Below are positions 1-11,000 of a stretch of 64,000 bases of DNA, piece by piece. The DNA is from Terriglobia bacterium (lineage in GTDB: Bacteria > Acidobacteriota > Terriglobia > 20CM-2-55-15): positions 800,001 to 864,000 of the forward strand of contig CBDAOY010000006.1 in the NCBI GenBank assembly GCA_965198225.1, read 5' to 3'. The position numbers were made by a program, and so were the translations under genes. Under the pieces are notes generated by a model. The model was not told the origin of the DNA and ran no database searches. It saw only the letters and a list, made by a program, of their open reading frames with translations. Within the stretch, counting starts at the first letter, position 1; each line of letters opens with the position of its first letter.

Positions 1-2
1 AG

Positions 3-3000
3 GTCACCGACGGGACGACGAGCGTGGAAATCGTGGGCCTGCAGGTGGACCTGGCCGGTTTCGTCACCTTCGGTGGGGACTTCGGGTTCCAGAAGTCGGG
101 CAGCACGATCATAGCGGCGGCCGATCAGGTGTTCGCGACGCTGGAAGCTGGCCCGTTTGCGGTGGGAGTGACGGGTGGGACGCTGGCGCTGATCCTGAAC
201 GACGGTGGCACGCTGGCGCTGCAGGCCGGCGGCAGCCTGGTATTCAGCGGCGGGAGCTTCGCCAACGCGAGCGCGACGTCGGTGACGGTGCGGTTCAACG
301 ACACGGGAGCGAACGTCGACACGACGGTGGCGGTAGGAGCGGTGAGTGCGCCGCTGCAGGTAACCGACGGCACGACGAGCGTGGAAGTGGTCGGGCTGCA
401 GGTGGACCTGGCCGGTTTCGTCACCTTCGGTGGGGACTTCGGGTTCGAGAAGTCGGGCAGCACGATCACTGCGGCGGCCGATCAGGTGTTTGCGACGCTG
501 GAAGCTGGCCCGTTTGCGGTGGGAGTGACGGGTGGGACGCTGGCGCTGATCCTGAACGACGGTGGCACGCTGGCACTGCAAGCCAGTGGTGGTTTGACCT
601 TCTCGGGAGGGAACTTCGCCAACCCCAGCGCGACGTCGGTGACGGTGCGGTTCAACGACACGGGAGCGAACGTCGATACGACGGTCACGGTTGGAGCAGT
701 GAGCGCACCGCTGCAGGTCACCGATGGGACGACGAGTGTGGAAGTGGTCGGGCTGTCGGTGGATCTGGCCGGTTTCGTCACTTTCGGCGGAGACTTCGCG
801 TTCCAGAAGACTGGGGCTCCCGGAAGCGAGACCATTATCGCGGCAGCGGATCAGGTGTCCGCCACAATGGGAGCGGGTTCGTTCGGCGTCGGGGTTACCG
901 GCGGGACCCTGGGGCTGATCCTCAACCCCGACGGTACGCTGGCACTACAGGCGGGCGGCGCCCTCTTCCTGACGGCCGGCGACTTCGCCAACGCCAGCGC
1001 GACGTCGGTCACGGTCCGATTCAACGACACAGGTGCGAACATCGACACGACGGTGACCGTGGGAGCGGTGAGCGCTCCGTTGCAGGTGACCGATGGCGTG
1101 ACGAGTGTGGAAGTGCTGGGCCTGTCGGTGGACGTGGCCGGTTTCCTGACTCTGAGCGGGAATCTGGGATTCAGTCGGGCCGGGGCCAACATCCATGGAG
1201 TCGGGGACCAGGTGACGGCGCGGATGGAAGTCGATCCGACCGTGTACGTGGAACTGGCGAATGCGGAGTTCGGTCTGATCGCCGGCCCGGGGACCTTCGC
1301 GTTCGAGCTGAAGAACGGGGCGCTGACGATCGCGCTGGGCCCGTTGGGACCGATCACCTCCACCGCAGTCCTCGTTCAGTTTACAGCCCCCACCACGACC
1401 GTGACGGCCGGCACCGCGCTCAGTGTCGGTTCCCTCAACTACACGTTCGATAACGATATTGCGCTGAATACTGTCGCCTTCGCTGTCTTCGGCCTCAATG
1501 TCGACGTGGCCAGCGTTTTCACGCTGACGGGGGATCTTGGATTCAAGAAATCAGGCCTGAATGACATCGTAGCTGTGGGCAACAACGTGACGGTGCGGCT
1601 GGAAGTCACGCCGTCGGTGTATGTGGAACTGGCGAACGCGGAATTCGGTCTGATCTCGGGCTTGGGGAAATTCGCCTTCGAGCTGAAGAACGGGGCGCTG
1701 ACGATCGCGCTGGGCCCGATCACCAACATTACCGCCACCGCGGTCTTTGTCCAGTTCTCGGGTCCGACAACGACGGTGTCGGCGGCTACGACGATTGCAG
1801 TCGGGCCGCTCAGCTACACGTTCGATAACGCGATTGCGACGAGCACGGTCGCCTTCGCCCTCCAGGGCTTCAGTTTCGATATCGGCGGGGTCTTCAGCCT
1901 GAGCGGGGACCTGGGGTTCAAGAAGTCGGGTACGCTGCCCGAAATCGTGGCGGTGGGCAACAACGTGACGGTGCGGCTGGAAGTCACCCCGTCGGTGTAT
2001 GTGGAACTCGCCGGTGCGGAGTTCGGTCTGATCTCGGGCACGGGGAAATTCGCCTTCGAGATGAAGAACGGAGCGTTGACGCTGGCGCTGGGCCCGATCA
2101 CCAACATTACGGCCAGCTCGGTCTTCGTCCAGTTTTCGGGTCCGACGACGACGGTGACGTCGGGCAAGTCGATTTCGGTCGGCCCCCTCAGCTACACGTT
2201 CGACAACGATATCGCGGTGAGCACGGTTGCCTTCGCCCTCCAGGGCTTCAGTTTCGATATCGGCGGGGTCTTCAGCCTGAGCGGGGATCTGGGATTCAAG
2301 AAGTCGGGTACGCTGCCCGAAATCGTGGCGGTGGGCAACAACGTGACGGTGCGGCTGGAAGTCACGCCGTCGGTGTATGTGGAACTCGCCGGTGCGGAGT
2401 TCGGTCTGATCTCGGGCACGGGGAAATTCGCCTTCGAGATGAAGAACGGAGCGTTGACGCTGGCGCTGGGCCCGATCACCAACATTACGGCCAGCTCGGT
2501 CTTCGTCCAGTTTTCGGGTCCGACGACGACGGTGACGTCGGGCAAGTCGATTTCGGTCGGTCCCCTCAGCTATACGTTCGACAACGCGATCGCGGTGAGC
2601 ACGGTCGCCTTCGCCCTCCAGGGCTTCAGCTTCGACATCGGGGTCTTCAGCCTGAGCGGGGACCTGGGGTTCAAGAAGTCGGGCACGCTGCCCGAGATCG
2701 TAGCGGTGGGCAACAACGTGACGGTGCGGCTGGAAGCCACCTCGTCGGTGTACGTGGAGCTGGCGAACGCGGACTTCGGCCTGATCTCGGGTTCTGGGAA
2801 ATTCGTCTTTGAGATGAAGAACGGGTCGCTGGATCTCCAGCTGGGCCCGATCGCCAACATCACGGCCGTCCAGGTGTTCGTCCAATTCTCGAACCCGAGC
2901 CCGACGTCGACCGTTTCGGCGGGGACGACAATTGCGGTCGGCCCGGTCAGCTACACCTTCGATCAGGCGATCGTGTCGAACACCATCGCCTTCGCCGTGG

Positions 3001-5024
3001 TGGGCTTGGATGCGGACATCGGCGGGGTGTTCAGCCTCAGCGGTGACATTGGATTCAAGAAGTCCGGTGTGTTACCGGAGATTCTGGCGGTAGGCAACAA
3101 CGTGACGGTGCGTCTGGAAGCCACCTCCTCGGTGTATGTGGAGCTGGCCAACGCGGAATTCGGTCTGATTGCCGGCTCGGGGAAATTCGTCTTTGAGATG
3201 AAGAACGGGTCGCTGGATCTCCAGCTGGGTCCGATCGCCAACATCACCGCCGTCCAGGTCTTCGTCCAGTTCTCGAACCCGAACCCGTTGTCGACGGTGT
3301 CGGCGGGGACGACGATTTCGGTCGGCCCGGTCAGCTACACCTTCGACGAGACGATCGTATCGAACACCATCGCCTTCGCCGTGGTGGGCCTGAATGCGGA
3401 CATCGGCGGAGTGTTCAGCCTCAGCGGTGACATTGGATTCAAGAAATCCGGTGTGTTACCGGAAATCCTGGCGGTAGGCAACAACGTGACGGTGCGGCTG
3501 GAAGCCACCTCGTCGGTGTATGCGGAGCTGGCCAACGCGGACTTCGGCCTGATTGCGGGCTCGGGGAAACTCGTCTTCGAGATGAAGAACGGGTCGCTGG
3601 ATCTCCAGCTGGGCCCGCTCGCCAACATCACCGCCGTCTCGGTGTTCGTGCAGTTCTCGAGCCCGAACCCGTTGTCGACGGTTTCGGCGGGGACGACGAT
3701 CGCGGTCGGTCCGGTCAACTACACATTCGATCAGGCGATCGCCTCGAACACCATCGCCTTCGCCGTCGTCGGCCTGAGTGCGGACATCGGCGGAGTGTTC
3801 AGTATCAGCGGCGATGTTGGATTCAAGAAGTCCGGCCTGTTGCCGGAGATCATCGGGGTCGGCAACAACGTGACGGTGCGGCTGGAGGCCACGTCGTCGG
3901 TGTACGTGGAGCTGGCGAACGCGGACTTCGGCCTGGTAGCGGGCTCCGGGAAATTCGGCTTTGAGATGAAGAACGGCGTGCTGGATGTCCAACTCGCCCC
4001 GCTGGCCAACGTCACCGCCACCGACATCTTCGTCCAGTTCACAAGTCCGACGACGTTGATCACGGCCGGAACGACGATCGCGGTCGGCCCCGTCAGCTAC
4101 ACGTTCGATGCCCAGATCCTGCCGAACACCATCGCCTTTGCCGCGGTCGGCCTCGACGCCAATGTAGGCGGAGTCCTCACGATCACCGGGGATCTGGGAT
4201 TCAGTAAATCACTGACCCTCATCAAGGTGGTGGCCAACAACCTAACTGCGCGTCTGGCAGTGGGCTCGGTGTCTGTGGAAGTGGCGAACGCGAGTTTCGG
4301 CCTGAAAGCCGGCCTGGAGAACGGCAATGCCGTGTTCGCCTTTGAACTGAAAGACGGCACGCTCAATGTCGATCTGAGCCCGGTGGGGACTCTAAACGTC
4401 ACCAGAATCTTCGTCCAGGTTACGGGCCCGACGACGACGATTACGGCCGGCGATATCATCCAGATCGGTCCAGCTCAGTACGTTTTCGGGAGCGACATTG
4501 CGGCGAGCACGATCGCCATCTTTGTCGAGGGTAATCTGCAGCTGGGTACAGGCGGTTTTCGGCTCGATGGCACGTTCGAGTTCGTTGCGACCCCGAGTTT
4601 TGTGAGGCTCCTGGTCATTGCCTCCATGAACATGGCTCCGCTCAACGGCCAGTTGCTGGTTAGCGGTGACCTGAGAATATCGGATGCCGGCATCGTCGGC
4701 GGTCTGGCGCTCGGCGGCCAGTTGACGCTTGGGCCATTGACCATAGTTGGGGCGTTCACACTGGAAGTGAACTCGACCACATCGCAGCAGACCGTACAGC
4801 GTTTCGTTTTCGACTCCGGCACTGAGACATTCGCGGTCGACGGCGCGGGTACACCGATCACCCAGAGCGTCGCCGTCGCGGCAGGAACCGTCCGTCTGTT
4901 CGCCTTCGCGAAGATCAAGCTAGGAGTCTGCGCGGCAGAAGAAAGTACATTCACGCTAAGCTCTATACCCACAGCATACTGTGGGCCTGATGGCCTAAAA
5001 ACGTTCTGCCGCGCAGACTCCTAG
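3..5024 (+). CDS. 5' part (open at window edge) of a giant repetitive surface protein/adhesin with ~12 tandem 119-128 aa beta-rich repeats; terminates prematurely inside a MITE
   Basis: Frame is open from nt 3. Repeated units such as GDLGFKKSG...VGNNVTVRLE...VELANAEFGL are spaced 357-384 nt apart. The last ~33 codons (GVCAAEE...RADS) are MITE-derived and the stop is the TAG of the second CTAG (5022-5024). Confidence 0.85.
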   Translation, partial: VTDGTTSVEIVGLQVDLAGFVTFGGDFGFQKSGSTIIAAADQVFATLEAGPFAVGVTGGTLALILNDGGTLALQAGGSLVFSGGSFANASATSVTVRFNDTGANVDTTVAVGAVSAPLQVTDGTTSVEVVGLQVDLAGFVTFGGDFGFEKSGSTITAAADQVFATLEAGPFAVGVTGGTLALILNDGGTLALQASGGLTFSGGNFANPSATSVTVRFNDTGANVDTTVTVGAVSAPLQVTDGTTSVEVVGLSVDLAGFVTFGGDFAFQKTGAPGSETIIAAADQVSATMGAGSFGVGVTGGTLGLILNPDGTLALQAGGALFLTAGDFANASATSVTVRFNDTGANIDTTVTVGAVSAPLQVTDGVTSVEVLGLSVDVAGFLTLSGNLGFSRAGANIHGVGDQVTARMEVDPTVYVELANAEFGLIAGPGTFAFELKNGALTIALGPLGPITSTAVLVQFTAPTTTVTAGTALSVGSLNYTFDNDIALNTVAFAVFGLNVDVASVFTLTGDLGFKKSGLNDIVAVGNNVTVRLEVTPSVYVELANAEFGLISGLGKFAFELKNGALTIALGPITNITATAVFVQFSGPTTTVSAATTIAVGPLSYTFDNAIATSTVAFALQGFSFDIGGVFSLSGDLGFKKSGTLPEIVAVGNNVTVRLEVTPSVYVELAGAEFGLISGTGKFAFEMKNGALTLALGPITNITASSVFVQFSGPTTTVTSGKSISVGPLSYTFDNDIAVSTVAFALQGFSFDIGGVFSLSGDLGFKKSGTLPEIVAVGNNVTVRLEVTPSVYVELAGAEFGLISGTGKFAFEMKNGALTLALGPITNITASSVFVQFSGPTTTVTSGKSISVGPLSYTFDNAIAVSTVAFALQGFSFDIGVFSLSGDLGFKKSGTLPEIVAVGNNVTVRLEATSSVYVELANADFGLISGSGKFVFEMKNGSLDLQLGPIANITAVQVFVQFSNPSPTSTVSAGTTIAVGPVSYTFDQAIVSNTIAFAVVGLDADIGGVFSLSGDIGFKKSGVLPEILAVGNNVTVRLEATSSVYVELANAEFGLIAGSGKFVFEMKNGSLDLQLGPIANITAVQVFVQFSNPNPLSTVSAGTTISVGPVSYTFDETIVSNTIAFAVVGLNADIGGVFSLSGDIGFKKSGVLPEILAVGNNVTVRLEATSSVYAELANADFGLIAGSGKLVFEMKNGSLDLQLGPLANITAVSVFVQFSSPNPLSTVSAGTTIAVGPVNYTFDQAIASNTIAFAVVGLSADIGGVFSISGDVGFKKSGLLPEIIGVGNNVTVRLEATSSVYVELANADFGLVAGSGKFGFEMKNGVLDVQLAPLANVTATDIFVQFTSPTTLITAGTTIAVGPVSYTFDAQILPNTIAFAAVGLDANVGGVLTITGDLGFSKSLTLIKVVANNLTARLAVGSVSVEVANASFGLKAGLENGNAVFAFELKDGTLNVDLSPVGTLNVTRIFVQVTGPTTTITAGDIIQIGPAQYVFGSDIAASTIAIFVEGNLQLGTGGFRLDGTFEFVATPSFVRLLVIASMNMAPLNGQLLVSGDLRISDAGIVGGLALGGQLTLGPLTIVGAFTLEVNSTTSQQTVQRFVFDSGTETFAVDGAGTPITQSVAVAAGTVRLFAFAKIKLGVCAAEESTFTLSSIPTAYCGPDGLKTFCRADS
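4924..5020. mobile_element. 97-bp MITE with perfect 17-bp terminal inverted repeats, flanked by CTAG duplication (alternatively a 99-bp element with TA duplication)
   Basis: GAGTCTGCGCGGCAGAA (4924-4940) and TTCTGCCGCGCAGACTC (5004-5020) are exact reverse complements. CTAG lies at 4920-4923 and 5021-5024. Internal hairpin CCCACAG-CATA-CTGTGGG (4968-4985). AT-richer than the flanks. Confidence 0.92.
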
Positions 5025-5077
5025 CCGGCAGTTTCACACTTGAGGGAAGCGTTACCTTTGAGAACACACCGACTCAT

Positions 5078-8000
5078 GTGGCGCTCGACGTCGACATGTC
5101 GATGCAGTTCTTCTCGGTCCAACTGCGGGTTGTGGGCGCCGCCAGAATCGTCAAGACAGGATCGACGGGCCTGGTGCTCAATCTCGGCGCCACGCTCAGT
5201 GCCAGTGCGTTCGGCGTGTCCGGCATCTTCGACTTCTCGGCCGATCTGAGGTTGCAGCTCAACACCCGCGGTGGCACCGGCTCGGACGCCAACGATCTGG
5301 GCGTTCCGAGGCAAACGTTCCGCGTCGAAGTGACCAACGCGACGCTGACGCTCCTGGGATTCATCACGCTCAACGGCTCTGGCTTCGTGCAATTCAGCCA
5401 GGGCGTCTTCAGCATGCAGGTGAGCCTTTCGGGGAACTTCCTCAACCTGGTCACGATGAGCGGGTCCGCGTTCTTTAGCTCGGAAGGCGAATTCGAGGTG
5501 ATACTCGACGGCGGTATCTTCCTGGGAGTCACCGGGTTCAACGTTTCAGGTAGCGCTCATATCGAGGTGAGCCTGCTCGATAGCAACGGGAAATCGCCTT
5601 TGGGTACGGGCACCAAGGTTCTCAACATCGCGGGGTCGGCAACGGCTTCGGCTACGATCTTTTTCATCCCCATTGGCCCATTCACTATCGGTTTTGCCTA
5701 TAACTCCGGGACGGGCGATATCACCATCAGCGTCGGCCCGGTTCCGGTTCCGGGCATTGAGTGGGTGACGGTCGACTTAGGATTCTTCGGCTCGGCCCGC
5801 ATCCCGTATCCGACGATTACGTTCAAGTCTTTCAGCTTTACGATCGGTAGGCTGAAGCTTGGCGCTCCTCCACCGCCGCCTGTCCTGGGTTTTGTCAACT
5901 CCGGTGGCCGATTGACGCTGAACGTCGGCCCCAGAGCCGTCGACCGCAACTTACAGGAGGGTGAAATCGACGAAGGGGTCATCATCGAGGGCGTTGGCCC
6001 CTTGACCGGCGGCAGACAGACGATCAGGGTCTCCATGTTCGGCGTGACCCAGGTGTTTAACAACGTCGCCGACATCATGATCGAGGATATGGCGGCGGGT
6101 AACGATTTCGTGGAGGTCGCCAGCTCCGTCGCGGTCCCGATTGAGGCGCACCTGGGAGGTGGCGCAGACATATTCAACTCCGCCGGTTCGGGTGTGGTGA
6201 CGGTTCACGGAGACGTTGGCGACGACCGGTTGCAAGGTGGCAGTGCCGCCGATCACTTGTTCGGAGGGCCTGGTTCGGATGAGTTTACAGGAAGGGCAGG
6301 TGCGGACACGATTAGCGGGGGCAACGATGGTGACCGCGTCAACTGGAATGTCGGTGACGGCAACGACTCCATCAACGATACCGGCACCGGAGGAAGCGAT
6401 CAGGTCATTGTTTTCGGAACGTTCAATCCCGACCAGATGACCATCAGCGGTAGTGGTGCCGGCTTCACCGTTGCTGTTGGAGCGGAGACCTTGGTCGTCA
6501 ACGGTGTTGAACTTGCCGAGCTCGACGGTGGCGATGGAGGCGACACGTTCACGATCAACAACTTGACCTCCACCCTCTCGGTCAATCTCCTACTCGGTGC
6601 TGGCGCAGCCGACACGGTAACCTTCAATGGCTCGGCCGGCCCCGAAGCCTTTGACCTCTCAACCGCGGTGGCCAGCCGCCCGGTCGTGGTTGGTGGTGTG
6701 CCGACTGTCAGCAACGTCAATGTCTTCCGGCTCTCTGAGCTGGGTGCTGCGACGGTCGACGTCATCGACGCCTCGGCAGGTGACACGGTCACGCTTGGTG
6801 GCGGGGGCGGTAACGACGTCATCAACGTACGCAGCCTCCGGTCCGGACTGCCGACGACCGTGAACGGCGGTGGGGGCGCGGATACGATCAATGTGGGCAC
6901 CAACGCCCTCGGTACGACCTCGAACCCGTCCAACAACAGCGGCGGCAACCTGAACAAAATCGCAGCGTTGCTGACGGTCAACGGCAATGGCGGCGGCGAC
7001 ACGCTGAACGTGGACGACGGGGTCGACGGCGCCGGGAACACGGGCGTTCTGACCGCGACGGCGATCACCCAGTTGGGTATGGGTGGAAGCATCACCTACG
7101 GCACGGTCCAGACGTTGACTATCGGTCTGGGCTCGGGTGGAGACGGATTCACAATCCAGAGCACGCACGGCGGCACAACCAACCTGAACACGAACAATGG
7201 CGCCGACACGGTACATGTGAACAGTGCCAGCGGCATTCTGAACGTTGTCGGTGGAAACGGGACGGACACCTTCAACGTGAACGCCACTAACAGCTCGAGT
7301 GTTTCCACTCTGAACGGATCCGGCGACGCCGATACCTTTAACGTTCATGCGATGAACGGCCAGGTGACGGTGAACGCTGGTGGCGGGTCCGACACGGTCA
7401 ACGTCGGGTCGCTCGCGCCGGGCACTGGCGGAAACGTCAACGCTATCGCAGGCCACCTGACGGTCAACGGCAATGGCAGCGCCGACACGCTGAACGTGGA
7501 CGACACGGGCGACGGCGCCGGGAACACGGGCCAGCTGACCAACACGACGATCACCGGGCTGGGCATGGGCGGGAGCATCACCTACGGCACGGTCGAGACA
7601 TTGAATATCGGCCTGGGATCGGGTGGAGACGTATTCACAATCCAGAGCACGCACGGCGGCACGACCAACCTGAACGGCAACGGCGGAGCGGACATCACCA
7701 ATATCCGCACGATCAGCGGTACCACAACCGTCGGTACCGGCGCCGGCGCCGACACCATCAATGTTGGCAGCAACGCCCAGGGTAATTCCAGCGACCCGGA
7801 TAACAACGCCGGCGGCACGCTGAACGGCATCGACGCCTTGCTGACCATCACCGGCGGTGGGAGCGGCGGCGACAGGGACTCGCTAACGGTTGACGATACC
7901 GCCGACGCCGCAGCCAACACCGGCATCCTGACCAGTAGCCGCCTGACCGGCCTGGGCATGGGCAACCCCGACCAGTCGGTTGTCGCAGCGACGCTCGGCA

Positions 8001-11000
8001 TCAGTTACAGCCAAGTCGAGGACCTGGTGATTTCGCTCGGCACCGGCGCCGACACCTTCACCATCAACGGCACCCACAATGGCGCCACGGCGGGCACGAC
8101 CGAGACGACCACGCTGAACACCGGCGCGGGCACGGACCTCGTCCATATCAACGACGTCAGCGATACGCTGGTGGTGAACGGCGAAGCCGACGTGGACACC
8201 ATCAACGTCAACGGTACCGGCACCGGCAGCGTTTCGACCCTGAACGGGGACGCCGGGGCCGACATCTTCAACGTCCGCGACATGGACGGCCGGGTCAACG
8301 TGCGCGGTGGCGCCGATAGCGACACGGTCAATGTGACCGACATCGCGCCGACGCTGCCGACCGGAGCCCGAACGACCCAGACCGGCAGCATCGACGAGAT
8401 CAACGCCCTGCTGGACGTGGACGGCGGCACCGGTCCGCTCGACGTGATGAACGTCGACGATTCCCGCGCCGCGGCGATCAACGACAAGACAGGAACCCTG
8501 ACGGCCACGACCCTGCGCGGCCTGGAGTTGGATGTCGGCATCGATTATCTCGGCCTGGAAGAGCTCAATATCTGGCTCGGCTTCGGTGACAACACATTCG
8601 ATATCAACAGCACGCATCCGGGCGAGACCACCCTCAACACGGCCGAGGGCGAAGACACGGTCAATGTCAACAATGTCAGCGGCCTGGTGACCGTCAACAC
8701 GGAACAGCAGGACGACACTATCAACGTGCGCGCTACCGGACTCGGCAGCACGCTGCGTATCAACAGCCACGAGGGGTCGGACACAATCAACCTCAGCGAC
8801 CTGTCGCCGACGCTGCCGGGGGCATATCCCTCGACCCTGCCACCGGCGGCTGCCGATAGCATCGGCAATATCGATGCCATCGATGGCCTGGTCGTCATCG
8901 ACGGCGGTACGGAGTTCGACACCATCAATGTCGACGACTCCGGCAACGCAACCGCGAAGGCCGGAACCCTCACGCTCAATACCCTGCGCGGCCTGGCGCT
9001 GCCGGCCGGTGTGGACTACACGGGGGCGGAAGACTTCAATCTCTGGTTTGGAACCGGCGCCGACGTACTGTTCATCGACAGCACGCACGCGGGCACCACT
9101 CAGGTGTTCGGCGGCGACGGCAATGCGACCACCAACGAGCGCGACGACACCGTCGCCATCAATACGATCGGCGGTGTGACTACGATCCACGGCCAGGCCG
9201 GCAACGACTTCATCGAGGTCAACGTGGATGCGCCGGTCCTGCCGCAGGACGCGACGTTCGGCTCGCTGGATCCGATCACCGGATTCTTTGTCCGCACGCA
9301 TCTCAACGGCCTGGGCGCGGTGTTGAACCTGCACGGCGAGGGCGACTCCGACCAGTACACCCTGAACCTCGCGGGTGACGGCACGGCGCTGGTCAATGTC
9401 CACGACGACGGCGCGCCGAACAACGGTGCCGACATCCTGATCGTCAACGGTGCCGATGTTGTCGCGGGCGTGACAAACCAGCCGAACGACACCTTCCTGC
9501 TGCGGCGCGACTTCTTAGCGCTGCTGAATGAGTCTGTCCCGGGTGGAGGTTTCGACCGGGTCGAGCGGGTGAATTATGACCAGAACATCAATGCCCGCTT
9601 GATCGTCAACGGCCTGGGCGGTGACGACAAGATCGTTGCCGACGACAACAGTTCCATCACCACGCTCGACGGTGGCGACGGCAACGACACCTTCCAGATC
9701 GGTCAGGTGTTCGGCACGCCGCGTGACGCAGCCGCGGGCCTTGCACCGGGCGACACCTTCAATACGACGCCGGTGATCATCGGCGTGATTAACGATCCGG
9801 TTACCGGCGCCGTTATCTTCGACCCGACCTCCTTCGATCCGGTCCTCGACGTTCTGCCGGCGGCTACCATCGCGGCCATCAACGCGGCCATCGCCCACCA
9901 GGCGGCGCTCGGACTGGCGCTCGACGGCATTGCCTATGTCAGCGATGGTGTCAACAACGCCACCACCGCATTCGGTGGTGACGGCGCAGACGTGTTCAAC
10001 GTGTACCACAACAAGGGTACCTTGCGGCTTGAAGGCGAGGCAGGTAACGACGAGTTCATCGTGCGCGCGTTTGTGACGGTGGACCTTTCGCCGCAGGCCG
10101 AGACAGAAATCCTCGCCGGTGGCGGTGACGATACCATCAACTACGCCATCAACGCACCGGTCAGCCTCGACGGCGGCGCCGGCTTCGACACGGTGGTGGT
10201 ACTGGGTACGCCGTTCAACGACAACTTCGTGGTCACCAGGGACGGCATCTTCGGTGCGGGCTTGAACGTGACCTTCGCGAACATCGAGAGTGCCGAACTC
10301 GACGCGCTGGAAGGTGACGACACGATCTACATCCTCGGCACCAGCTCGGATTTTGTCACGAGGGTGATCGGCGGTCTGGGCAGCGACACCATCGAGGTGA
10401 TGGGCGACGTCCTGCGCACCATCGTCAGCGACGACCTGCTCGGTCGGTCCGGCGTGATTACCCACGGTGCGACGAGCCTGGATGACGACTTCAATAACGT
10501 GGGCGTGAGCGGCGTTGGGGTCAATGTCCTCTCATTGGGCGGCGACAGCCTGGTGAGCATCCAGCCCACCGGCGAACCCCTGCGGGTGACCGAGGCCGGT
10601 ACGCTCGCCTCCTACTTCATCAGCCTGGTCGGCCCGAATGCAGGGGCGCTGGCCGCCAACCCGGTTTACCTCACGGTGTCGGCCGGCGTGGCGAGCAGTG
10701 AGGACCGCGGCAATGGCGGAGCCAGCATCCTGGTGTCGGTCAACGGTGGGGCGTTCACCAACGCGGTGGTGCTCACTTTCGACGGCACGACGGCGAGTAC
10801 GGTGTTCGAGATCGAGGTGATGGCTGTCGACGATCTTGCCGCGGAAGGTCGACGGATTGCGCTGATCAGCCACAGCATCAACAGCGACGATGCGGCCTTT
10901 GACGACTTGCCGCTCATCGGCATCTTCGTCGATGTGGTCGACAACGACAAGGCCGGTCTGGACATCCGTCACCTGCAGGACCTTGCCGGCGGTGTTGTTC

